Assembly: GCF_009914755.1 (NCBI RefSeq)
Contig: NC_060943.1
Reading direction: 5' to 3' (one strand)
Length of the DNA stretch: 64,000 nucleotides
Source: the human T2T-CHM13v2.0 reference genome, Homo sapiens
The notes beneath the pieces are model-generated. The model made no database searches. It was not told where the DNA came from and was given only the letters and a program-made list of their open reading frames with translations. Positions 51,471-64,000 of this stretch are shown here, piece by piece. A program made the translations under genes and the position numbers. Each line of letters opens with the position of its first letter. Within the stretch, counting starts at the first letter, position 1.

Positions 51471-53204
51471 GTGCGCCAGTACTGCAGTCCTGCCTCCAGG
51501 CCTGGCACCTCCGTGTTATCTGGGGCCCTTAGTAGGGCGCGCAGCACTTACCTGTTTCTCCAGATTGGGGCTTAGGGCAAGCATCCTTGGCATTGTCACC
51601 ATGGGGCTGGACCCTCTCAAGGAGCAGGCACCGCAGTCGTCCCACAAGGATCCTCTGGGAACACCCCTGACCCCCATTCTTGTGGCTGTCCAGCGGAGGG
51701 TGCCCTGACCGTGACCTCTATAAGGGTCCTGCTGGGGCTTGCTCCTGCTCCGCAACCCCTACTCCGTGGGGGTGCAGTTGGAAGCATCCCTGATCCTCAT
51801 CCCTTGTAGGAGTCCAGCTGTGGACGCCCCCGACTGACATCCATGCAGGTGCCCAGCCAGGGGCAGCCCCACACGGATCCTTGAACGGGTCTTGCTGGGA
51901 GTGCCCCCAGTCATCCTCACCACAGATTCCTGGGGGAGCGTCCTTGCCAGCACTGGAGGCCAAAGCACTCATCCTTCGGATTGGCCATAGGTTGCAGGGG
52001 CCCGCCTATCTTTGGAGGGCAGAGCTGCTGCTGCTATTCTTCCTTGGTCACCTCCTCCCCAACTGGCTCATTGCAGGGGACGTCCCACCACTCCACCCAT
52101 CTGTGGAGTTTGTTTTCTACTGCCTGCAGGCTGGGCCTGGGTGGGCTCCAGCTGTCTACATGCTGGTCCCGGGTGTAGAGTTGCCATCCTGTACACCTGG
52201 TTGGGGCTGGGGCTCAGGCTTGAAGTAACAGGGTGTCCTGGCCAGGGCTGGGGAGGAACTTGAGCCTTAAAGACTGGCTCCCGCCCCAATCCTAAGTCCC
52301 AAACTGCTCTGGGAGCCTCCACTTCCCCCTGGGTCGTGGCTTCTAGGATCCTCCCAATATGCTGTGGTGCAGCTGTGCTTATCATGGCTCAGAGGCCAAC
52401 TTCACCCCAGGGGTCAGACAGAGGCAGACAATGGTGGGGGTGGGAGTCCTGGACCTCCTTGGTTAGCCAGAGGGATCCTAGTCCCTTTCCCTGGCCACCA
52501 GAGTCCCCATCACCCCCGATTAATATCTTGATGCCAGTTACTGCACTTCTTCCTCCAGGGCTCCATCTGTCCTGCCCAGCCTCCTTTCTTGTACCTCGAG
52601 GTGAACCCTGAGCCTTCCCAATAGACAGCAGCCTCCAGGGAAGGTGGCATATGGGCTCCTGTCCTCTTCCTCCCAGAAGTCTTCCTGGGTTAGTTATGGG
52701 GGTAGATGGCAGCTATTCTCTGTGCAGACTGAACCTGGGGCTTCTGTTTCCTCCCAGGCCCTGCACACCACCCCCCCAATCCTGCCTCACCTCACTCTGG
52801 GATGGAGTGCTGTGTTTTGGGAATGGGCACCCAGCATGTTCCAAAGCGAAACGTGACTTCTATGTGGCTGGAGGCTCCTGTTTGATTTGTTAACGTGTGT
52901 CCTCAGCACCAGCATACAGTAGGTGCCAAACAAGGGAGTGACAGAATTGCAGGTGACCCAGGCAGCCTGGGAATGCACCCTGGGCCCAGGACTGTCTAGA
53001 GCTAGCTCTGGTGTGAGCTGCTGCTTCCAGGTGGGAGCCAGAGGAGGAACACTAGGGAGTCCACAGTGTGTCTTCCCAGACCAGTTCTTGCCCACACCCA
53101 CATGCCGATGTCACCCACAGGGGCTGGGACCAGTGTACTGGGTCACTGGGCAGCCACAGCCCAGCCTCATAGGGAAGAAACCTGGTCAGACAGCCGCAGA
53201 GTTG

Positions 53205-54290
<1,086 letters not shown>

Positions 54291-55299
54291 TCTCAGAGAT
54301 CCTCCTCATTGCTTCCCTCTCCCACCCAACCTAGGGGAGTGGGGGTGTGCAATGGTATTTCTGACCCAGACGGGCCAAGCAGGGGAGTCAGAAAGGGGCC
54401 CTTGCCTGGTGTTGCACAGAAGAGGGAGAGGATGTTCTGTGCCTGAGGGTAGACCAGGAAGGCTGCCTGGAGGAGGGAGCTGTATCCTAAAGGATGCTCA
54501 GGAGCTGGCATTGAGGCCAGTGGCATAGCCTGCACAAATACAGGAGGACCTGGGGAGGCCAGGGGTGGGGCTGGGGGTATTGGGTGGGGCTGGCCGCATT
54601 CTCCGTCTTAACCAGCTCGCTCCTAGGTGCTTTTGTGGCTTCTGCACTCTACCAGCTTGGAGCCAGGGGCCTCATTCTCTCTTGCAGTAAAATGAGGCTG
54701 ATGACTGAGCCTAGGAGTTGCTGGGCATCTGGTCTGCTGATTACCACCTTGGTGCCCAATGTCTGCCTGCCTATCCACTGCTTTCAAACAAAGAGGCTGC
54801 CTGACACCACCCAGGGGGACGCCTCCCACCCTTGCCCAGCCTCAGCCAATCTCCTCTTTCTCTTCTTCAGAGCTGGAGTTGTGCCCTCCTATCCTCTCTC
54901 TGCCCACCCCATCACTGCTGTACACCCTGCCCCTTGGCACTTCGGCCCCGGACTTGCTCCTCCTGGCAGGCCTGGGTGCTTGTGAAGCCGGGTGCCAGAG
55001 GGCCCAGCACGGCACGGCCTTTGATTCTGTTTTCTGTAAATCGACGACAATAAATTCTCTTTTTCCTTCATCCACAAGTGTTTACTGAGCGCCTTCTGTG
55101 TACCAGGCCGCACCAGGGTGCGGAGCAAAGACCAACCTCAGGGAGCAGATGAGGTCCAGGCGGCTGAACCAACCGAACCATGGTTCTGGTAGCACTGCCT
55201 CCCCCGCCACCCTCAGGGGGCCCTGCTCCCCAAGCCCTTCCCAAATCCTGCCGTCCAGCTCTCCTCCCCACCTTGCAGGAGGGACGCCAGGGCCCGGTT

Positions 55300-56160
55300 T
55301 TCGGGTTCCGCCATTCTTTCCTCAATGAGGGTCGGAGAGGTCCCTGCCCACGCCAGACCCGTCCCCGGCCGTCGCGGCACCCTCTTGTGATCAGGCGGAG
55401 GGACCAAGGGCCAAGAGCGGGGCTTCGCCGGACGCTGGGAGCGTCACTGTCCAGACTGACAGATGGGGAAACTGAGGCTGACCAGCTGGGCAGGGCGTGC
55501 ATACGAATCTGGGTCCTGGAAGCGTTCTGCAAGATCCCTTCTCACCTCAACCGCACGTGCTGGCATCCTTGGGTTTCCCTCCTTCCCCAGATCACAGCCG
55601 CACTTCTCTCCTCCGCCCTCATAGTCACGGCCCTGCCTTCTCCCTCCTCTTGCCCCGGGCGGGCCCCGCCCAGAATGCGGAGAGGCCTTCGAGGAAGCGC
55701 GGACCAATCGGAGGCCCTATGTAGGGCTGAAGAGGCGGGACTCTGGTCGCCATAACAACTCATCACGCCTGTGCTGCGCGCGCGCGTCGCCTTAGTGCCG
55801 CAGCCCTATTACGTGAGGCAGGGAAGGCGCGCCAGACTCGACGGCCAATCAGGGACCCGAGGGCGATGTTGCCATGACGACCACGTTGCGCTGGAGATTG
55901 CGACGGGGGCTGAAACCGCGGGGAACTCGGGGAGCGAGTGGTGAGAACAGTGAGCACCAGCACTCCGATGGCGCTGGCGAGAGGAAAGGCTGCGGCGCGC
56001 AGAGCGAGGCTGCGGGACCCCAGGATGGGGGACAGGAGGCTGCGGGGCCTCAGGTGAGCAGCAAGCGAGAGACCAGTCCCTTCGAGCGCCCTCACGCGTT
56101 TTGTCCCCACGCCACGCCGGGGACGAGTCTGTGGCACAGACTCGTCCCCGGCCCCGCGGG
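55300..56160 (+). promoter_or_regulatory. CpG-island promoter with first-exon donor at 56054 (probable distal ZNF584 or lncRNA promoter)
   Basis: GC boxes 55656-55671; CCAAT ~55704 and ~55845; X-box-like GTTGCCATGACGAC 55868-55881; CAG|GTGAGC at 56054. Confidence 0.7.
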
Positions 56161-56164
56161 CTTA

Positions 56165-56491
<327 letters not shown>

Positions 56492-56932
56492 TCAAATTCG
56501 AACGTAGGTTGATAGGATCACATAGTTGATCCACTCTAACCCCACACCCACTTGCAGACCTGGTTAGTGCTGAGGTCCTCTCATCCCAGGGAGTAGGCTA
56601 GAGTTCGCACTGGCTCCCCTGGGGCCCGGCTTGGCGTGGCAAAGCTGGGAGTCTCGCCCTAGGTTGGGTTTCCTCTGCTCTGTAAGCCTCTGCAGAAGGA
56701 GCAGAGGGTGGTGGGAGAAGAAGTGCCCAAGAGGGGCCACAAGCTACCTGTGATCTGTGTCCCCCCACCAGGGGGATGGGTGCTTTCATTTTTATCGTTG
56801 TGGAAAATTTCACATTAAGTACTTCTCCAAAGAATCTCCCAGACATCTACTTGTTCTTTCAAAACATAACAGATTTTTTTAAAAAACAATTTACATACCA
56901 TATAATTTGCCCATTTTGAGTGTACAATTCAA

Positions 56933-58375
56933 GGCTGGGCGCGGTGGCTCACGCCTGTAATCCCACCACTTTGGGAGGCTGAGGTGGGCGGATCACCTGA
57001 GGTCAGGAGTTCGAGACCAGCCTGACCAACATGGAGAAACCCCATCTGTACTAAAAATACAAAATTAGCTGGGCGTGGTGGCACATGCCTGTTATCCCAG
57101 CTCCTCGGGAGGCTGACAGGCAGGAGAATCGCTTGAACTCGGGAGGCGGAGGTTGCGGCGAGCCGAGATTGCACCATTGCACTCCAGCCTGGGCAACAAG
57201 AGCGAAACTGCGTCTCAAAAAAAAAAAAAAAAAAAAAAAAGGCCGTAGGTCTGAATAGACCCCTCACCTAAGAAAAATAGATACATAGCTGGCAAATAGG
57301 CACATGAAAATATGCTCCACATCATATGCCATTAGGGAACTGCAAATTGAAACAATAATGAGATACTACTATACATCTATTAGAATGGCTACAATGCAAA
57401 ACACTGATAGCACCATATGCTAGCAAGGTTGTGAGGCAATGGGAACTCTCGTTTACTGCTGATAGAAAGGCAAAATGGTATAGCCACTTTGGAAGACAGT
57501 TTGGCAGTTTCTTACAGAAAGTTAAATATAGTCTTACCATATGATACAGCAATCACACTCCTGGGTATTTGCACAAATGAGTTGAGAACTTATGTCCATG
57601 CGAAAACCACACAAATTATTATAGCAGCTTTATTCATAATTGCTCAAAACTTGAATCAACCCAGATGTCCTTCAATAGATAAATGGCTAATCTGTGTTAC
57701 ATCCACACAATGGAATATCATTCAGCAATAAAATTAACTGTGCTACCAAGTTATGAAAGGCATGGAGGAGTCTGAAATGCACATTGGTAAGTGACAGAAG
57801 CCAGACTGAAAAAGCTACATACTGTATGATTACAAGTTTATGACATTCTGGAAAAGGTAAAGCTATAGAGACAGTAAAGCAGTGACTGCCAGGGACTCAG
57901 TGGGAGGGAGGGAGGGAGGGAGGGAGGAATGAATAGTAGCACAAGTAATTTTTGGGGGCAGTAAAAGTATTTTGTACTATATTGTAATGGTGGATACATG
58001 AATTTATGCATTTGTGAAAACCCATATAATGTACATTAATAATAATGTACTAATATTCATTTTACAATGTTAACAAATGGGCCGGGTGCGGTAGCTCATG
58101 CCTGTAATCCCAGCATTTTGGGAGGCTGAGCGGGGCGGATCACGAGGTCAGGAGATGGAGACCATCCTGGCCAAAATGGTGAAACCCCAACTCTACTAAA
58201 AATACAAAAATTAGCCAGGTGTGGTGGCACGCGCTTGTCGTCCCAGCTATTCGTGAGGCTGAGACAGAATTGCTTGAACCCGGGAGGCGGAGGTTACTGT
58301 GAGATCGTGGCACTGCACTCCAGCCTGGGTGTCAGAGCAACTCCGTCTCAAAAAAAAAAAAAAAAAAGAAGAAAC
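56933..58375 (+). mobile_element. Alu + L1M 3' region + Alu
   Basis: Alu 56933-57240; L1M 57245-58078 (cacatgaaaatatgctccacatc...cagcaatcacactcctgggtattt); Alu 58079-58375. Confidence 0.85.
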
Positions 58376-58620
58376 TAAAATGAGGTCCAATGAAGTAGTG
58401 CCAGGAAAAACATAAATGAACTAACTATTAAGCCCAGGAAAGGTAAGTGGTTAAGAGAGAACTTTGGTCTGAGACTTCCTGGAATCAAACTGTAGCACTG
58501 CCTCCCACTGGCTTTATGACTCAGGGCAAATACTTAGCCTATGGGAGACTCAGGCCCTGGACCCTCTACTCCTCTGCTCCACCCGTGGGAGAGATCAGGC
58601 CCATCTCACAGAGGAACAGA

Positions 58621-60579
58621 TTTTTTTTTTTCTTTTTTTTTTATTGATCATTCTTGGGTGTTTCTCGTAGAGGGGGATTTGGCAGGGTCACAGGACAATA
58701 GGGGAGGGAAGGTCAGCAGATAAACAAGTGAACAAAGGTCTCTGGTTTTCCTAGGCAGAGGACCCTGCGGCCTTCCGCAGTGTTTGTGTCCCTGGGTACT
58801 TGAGATTAGGGAGTGGTGATGACTCTTAAGGAGCATGCTGCCTTCAAGCATCTGTTTAACAAAGCACATCTTGCACCGCCCTTAATCCATTCAACCCTGA
58901 GTGGATACAGCACATGTTTCAGAGAGCACAGGGTTGGGGGTAAGGTCACAGATCAACAGGATCCCAAGGCAGAAGAATTTTTCTTAGTACAGAACAAAAT
59001 GAAAAGTCTCCCACGTCTACCTCTTTCTACACAGACACGGCAACCATCCGATTTCTCAATCTTTTCCCCATCTTTCCCCCCTTTCTATTCCACAAAACCG
59101 CCATTGTCATCATGGCCCGTTCTCAACGAGCTGTTGGGTACACCTCCCAGATGGGGTGGTGGCCGGGCAGAGGGGCTCCTCATTTCCCAGTAGGGGCGGC
59201 CGGGCAGAGGCGCCCCTCACCTCCCGGACAGGGCGGCTCGCCAGGCGGGGGGCTGACCCCCCCCCCACCTCCCTCCTGGACGGGGCGGCTGGCCAGGCAG
59301 AGGGGCTCCTCACTTCCCAGTAGGGGCGGCCGGGCAGAGGCGCCCCTCACCTCCCGGACGGGGTGGCTGGCCAGGCGGGGGGCTGACCCCCCCACCTCCC
59401 TCCCGGACAGGGCGGCTGGCAGGGCGGGGGGCTGACCCCCCCACCTCCCTCCCAGATGGGGCGGCTGGCCGGGCAGAGGGGCTCCTCACTTCCCAGTAGG
59501 GGCGGCCGGGCAGAGGCGCCCCGCACCTCCCGGACGGGGCGGCTGGCCGGGCAGGGGGCTGACCCCCCCACCTCCCTCCCGGACGGGTCGGCTGGCCGCG
59601 CGGGGGGCTGACCCCCCCACCTCCCTTCCGGACAGGGCGGCTGGCCGGGCGGGGGGCTGACCCCCCCACCTCCCTCCCGGACGAGGTGGCTGCTGGGCGG
59701 AGAGGCTCCTCACTTCTCAGACGGGGCGGCTGCCGGGCGGAGACGCTCCTCACTTCCCAGACGGGGTGGCTGCTGGGCGGAGGGGCTCCTCACTTCTCAG
59801 ACGGGGCGGCTGCCGGGCGGAGGGGCTCCTCACTTCTCAGACGGGGCAGTTGCCAGGCAGAGGGTCTCCTCACTTCTCAGACGGGACGGCCGGGCAGAGA
59901 CGCTCCTCACATCTCGGACGGGGCGGCAGGGCAGAGATGCTCCCCACATCTCAGACGATGGGCGGCCGGGTAGAGACGCTCCTCACTTCCCAGATGTGAT
60001 GGCGGCCGGGAAGAGGCGCTCCTCACTTCCTAAATGGGATGGCGGCCGGGCAGAGACGCTCCTCACTTTCCAGACTGGGCAGCCAGGCAGAGGGGCTCCT
60101 CACATCCCAGATGATGGGCGGCCAGGCGGAGACGCTCCTCACTTCCCAGACGGGGTGGCCGCCGGGCAGAGGCTGCAATCTCGGCACTTTGGGAGGCCAA
60201 GGCGGGTTGCTGGGAGGTGGAGGTTGTAGCGAGCCGAGATCACGCCACTGCACTCCAGCCTGGGCACCATTGAGCACTGAATGAACGAGACTCCGTCTGC
60301 AATCCCGGCACCTCGGGAGGCCGAGGCTGGCGGATCACTCGTGGTTAGGAGCTGGAGACCAGCCCGGCCAACACAGCGAAACCCCGTCTCCACCAAAAAA
60401 AATACGAAAACCAGTCAGGCATGGCGGCACGCGCCTGCAATCGCAGGCACTCGGCAGGCTGAGGCAAGAGAATCAGGCAGGGAGGTTGCAGTGAGCCGAG
60501 ATGGCAGCAGTACCGTCCAGCTTCGGCTCGGCATCAGAGGGAGACCGTGGAAAGAGGGGGGGGGGAGGGGGAGGAGGGA
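58621..60579 (-). mobile_element. SVA retrotransposon (poly-A, SINE-R, GC-rich VNTR, Alu-like region, short purine head)
   Basis: Poly-T then ttattgatcattcttgggtgtttctc (SINE-R); VNTR units gggcagaggggctcctcacttcccag; Alu-like 60170-60540; 15-bp TSD AGAGGAACAGATTTT at 58610-58624 and 60580-60594. Confidence 0.96.
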
Positions 60580-62379
60580 AGAGGAACAGATTTTCAAGAA
60601 CGATTTGAGGATATGTATTAGCCCAGGACATGTTATGGGATGACCAGTGTCTTCAAACTAGGCAGAAAGAGGGGACAGGGTACAGGAGTCAGGGGAAGTA
60701 GGCGAAAAGGTGGACTGTTTAGTAGGGGATCAGGAACATAGAAAAGTGGCAAGGCTAGTGACCTTGGTACCCAGACACCAGGGGTATAACTCAGGTACCA
60801 GGTGTGAGAACAGCTCAATTCCAGGCATACTTCCATCCCCAGCTTGCAATCTCCATGGCTGAGCCTCTTTGATAACTTTTGTGCTATTCCTGGTTTCAAG
60901 TCTACCTGGTCCATCAATCAGTGCTCTTGTCTGCACTCCAGTTGGGGGAACTCATGAACTGTAAAGGGCAATCCTGTGGGGGAATGAACAGGTTGGTCAG
61001 TCCAGCCTAGGGCAGACTGACCCACCATGACAGTCCAGGGGTACTGATGACAGGCATGTACCATGAGCTTGGGGGTGTCCCACCTGTGTCTCCACTGGAG
61101 AGAATACACAGGTGTCACTGAGGAACAGGGTTGCAAGGACTGAGGATATGGGGTCAGCTGAGGACATGTTAAGGAGAGGCAAACATTGCACAGCTAGGCA
61201 CTAAGGAGAGAGAAAGGGACACAGCGGGGCATGGCCAGAAGACTGGAATTGAGCTGAGTGGAGGCACCAAGACCTGCGAGGGCACAGGCTGGGCACCAGG
61301 TGTGAGAACAGCCCACTCCTGGGGGCATTCACCAGGGGTAGATCTCTTCAGGGTCCCTCTGCCACAACTAGTTTTGAGTTCATATGGTCCACCTGCTGGT
61401 GGGAATGTAGAAGCCTTCAGACCTATGAAGGATGATGAGTTTTTGAGAGTCCAGGCCAGGAGAGGCCAAAACACCATGACCCCAGCAAGCGAGAATAATC
61501 CTTACTCCAAGACAAACACAGACCTGCAAAAAATGAACATTCAGGGAAGGCTCCCAGGCAGGACCCAGTGGGCCCACACGCACCCATGTCAGTGCATGCA
61601 GTGCCTGGAATCTTACAGGAAGTGACCGAGCTGAATGTGACCAGCTGTGAAGGTTCAGAGACTTCTGAGCCCCGATCTTGGCCACTCACGGCCCTTGGGT
61701 AGAATGTGTGGGGTGTCCACTCAGCCACTTGTTAGAGGAGGTGGCATGATCTAGGCCTCAGTGCCACGACCAACAGCGACTTCCAAGGGGAACATGGAAA
61801 GAACAGAGGAAAAAAACCAGAGTTGAGGCTGGGGAGAATTATGGTGCCAGTGGTCTCACCCAGCACTGAGTGCAAAGTTCTCCAGCACCACTTCAGGTAG
61901 AAGCTCCTCTGGACCTTGCCTAAGAACTCCGTTCGTCCGGGAGGACGCAGGCCCACCTGCTCTAACATGAACGCGTCTGAATTCAGCGGAGGACACCCAG
62001 GAGCCCGGTTATTCTCCTGCCAGCGTCCTCCCCTGATGTGTCCCTGACCCCGTGCTCTGACGTACTCAGCCATGTACTCACTCTCCTCTCCCAGGCCCCC
62101 ATACCTGAGATCACCATGGCCTGATATGGGGTAGACTACAAGCCTACCGTGCCTCAGCCATGTGCAGGGCGACCTGTCCCTGGCATCCACACCTGTGGCC
62201 CATACGTCGCCCGCATTGTGGGGCGCCGAAAACCCAACACAACTGAAACACAACTGCTGACCTTCCCCCTAAGCCGCCTCTAAACGAGGTCCCTCGGCCC
62301 CTGGTCCCAGCCGCTCTTTGAAGACTTGCCTGATGACAGGCATGTACCATGTTTTTGGCTGGGACATTTTTCTGAGCCT

Positions 62380-63341
62380 TGCTCCGGGCTCCGTAAAGCG
62401 GACACGGTGCCAGGGAGAGAATTTCGGGGCGGTTGCGGGCACAGGCGGGCTTCTGCGGAGGCCCTGGCGAACGCCCCCGCGCGGCGCGGTCCGATGGCCC
62501 CATGGGGCCGCCCCTCCACTGTGAGGTCACCGGGGTTCAGCAACATTCACTGCGGCTAGGACGCGTACAGGTCACTGAGGCAGAACTTCCCGATTCTCGC
62601 GCCTTCGTTCGTTTCTGCGGACCAGCGGAGACTCCTCCACACCGCCCACCGCCCAATGATCCCACTGCCGCAAACCGCCCCAAAGCCAGCGCCGAAAGCC
62701 GACGCCGGAAGCCCCGCCCCACGCAGGGCCCGCCCGAACGTTCCCGTTCCTGGGCCGCCATTGGCCAAGTCTGAACGGCCCCACGTCGAGGCTCCTTATG
62801 GGAAATGTAGTTCACGTCCCGCTTCAGGAGCTAGCGGCGCCCTCCCTTATCGCCTTGGCAACGACCCAGCCGCGCCGCGAGGAGAGCCGGGAATGGAGGT
62901 CGTGGCGTGAGGGGCGCCGAGCGAGGGGAGGCGCGGGCCACGGGAGTTCCGGCGTTGCCCGGCAGTCCGCAGTCCTCGGCGGGAAGGCTGTCCCGGCGCC
63001 TCAGGCAGCTCTGCGTGGGCCGGGGTGACTTCCTCGCGATCCCCTGCGCGAGGTGAAGGGCAGGGACCTTTGCCGCGCCTTCCACGCGCCGTGCCCCACC
63101 GGCGAGTGGCTCCATCTTCCTCAGACTTATCGCTCGCGGACAGGCGCCGTGGGTCTCCCGGGCCTCCGTACCGTCCTCCTTCCCAGCGGCTCCGGGAAGC
63201 GGTTCCCTGTCTTCGGACGCATTTCACCCGCGCGGGGAGAGCTTCCCGGGAAGGTTCCACGGCGGCCGAGGGTTTCCGCGCCCGGGACGCGTTTCGGCTG
63301 AGGCCGTGGGTCCAGTCCACGGGTTCTGCCCGCACGGTCCA
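62380..63341 (+). promoter_or_regulatory. ZNF584: ZNF584 CpG-island (likely bidirectional) promoter and 5'UTR
   Basis: ZNF143-type TGGGAAATGTAGT 62799-62811; CCAAT and GC boxes; X-box-like ATCGCCTTGGCAAC ~62849-62862. Confidence 0.75.
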
Positions 63342-63359
63342 ATGGCCGGGGAGGCGGAG
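63342..63359 (+). CDS. ZNF584: ZNF584 (KRAB zinc finger) first coding exon MAGEAE; gene continues beyond the window
   Basis: ATGGCCGGGGAGGCGGAG|GTGAGC; matches the remembered N-terminus MAGEAEAQLDP... and the expected gene order. Confidence 0.8.
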
Positions 63360-64000
63360 GTGAGCAGAGGATGCCTCCGAGGAATGAGGGGGCCCACCAG
63401 GTGGGGGGCGGCGTGTGCCAGGGCAGAGTTGGAGGAGGGCAGGAGATCTGCGTATGATTCCAGGGGGAGGTCTTTGATGCACGGCTGGGGCATGCCCTTG
63501 GCAGTGGGAGCCATTGGAGATGTGCCGCGGGACTGGGACAGGATGGGGTCGTAGTTGCTGTGCCAGGCCCTCTGGAGACGCATGTGCAGAACGGCGTGTG
63601 GAAGGCCAGGCAATTGCCTATAGGGTAAACTGGGGACGTTGTGCTGGGGTTGTACAGTTTTAGGCATTCTGTTGTCCAGTTTTGTGCCTGTTGAGCAGGA
63701 GGCAAACTGGACCCTGGGACCAGGTACTTGAGACCTAAGGGAGAAGGATGAGCATAGGTTTGGTTGCGTCTGAGAGGTATGATCTCTGGGACTGGAATTG
63801 GCAGGCAGGAGATAGAGTGGAGCCTGTGCCCTTGGCCCTGCACATAGATGGCATCAGTCTGGTCACCAACCTGATGTCGCTTTGGGCTGGACACAGTTTC
63901 CAGTAGTAACACCAGAAGCATCAATAACACCAGCAGCTCTGATATTCCTCTGGGATAGGAGAAGGAAGGTATAAGGGTATGTGTAGGGAGTAAGGTGGGG

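Noticed and set aside
59110-60600. Repetitive ORFs and CRISPR-like periodicity
   Set aside because: This is the SVA VNTR; no unique spacers or cas genes, and the DNA is human
61044-61120. Possible C/D-box snoRNA (TGATGA...CTGA)
   Set aside because: Box C lacks the leading purine, there is no terminal stem, and no rRNA guide was recognised
63127-63930. 267-aa - strand ORF with a hydrophobic N-terminus
   Set aside because: Antisense to ZNF584 exon 1/intron 1; no domain or splice support

Overview
Human genomic DNA from the distal 19q13.43 zinc-finger region, recognised from its genes. It is GC-rich and very Alu-dense. Left to right: complete A1BG (- strand, 8 coding exons, 495 aa) overlapped by the antisense lncRNA A1BG-AS1; ZNF497 (-); a 5S rRNA pseudogene; ZNF837 (-); MIR4754 (-); complete RPS5 (+, 204 aa); RNF225 (+, RING plus TM); an orphan CpG-island promoter; a ~2 kb SVA with TSDs; and the first coding exon of ZNF584 (+). 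The main signal beyond these genes is a decayed SCAN/KRAB zinc-finger tandem array. (1) An open SCAN-domain exon lies upstream of the ZNF497 finger exon; its 5' splice site reads ATGAGT instead of GTGAGT, but it is otherwise in phase to give a ~656-665 aa SCAN-ZNF497. (2) ZNF837 has a frameshifted KRAB-B-like 5' exon. (3) A third, pseudogenised ZNF837 paralog lies at ~36.4-39.4 kb. Separately, a TSD-flanked 3'UTR retrocopy sits in A1BG intron 6. Gene names come from remembered protein sequences; no searches were run, so novelty claims need database checks.
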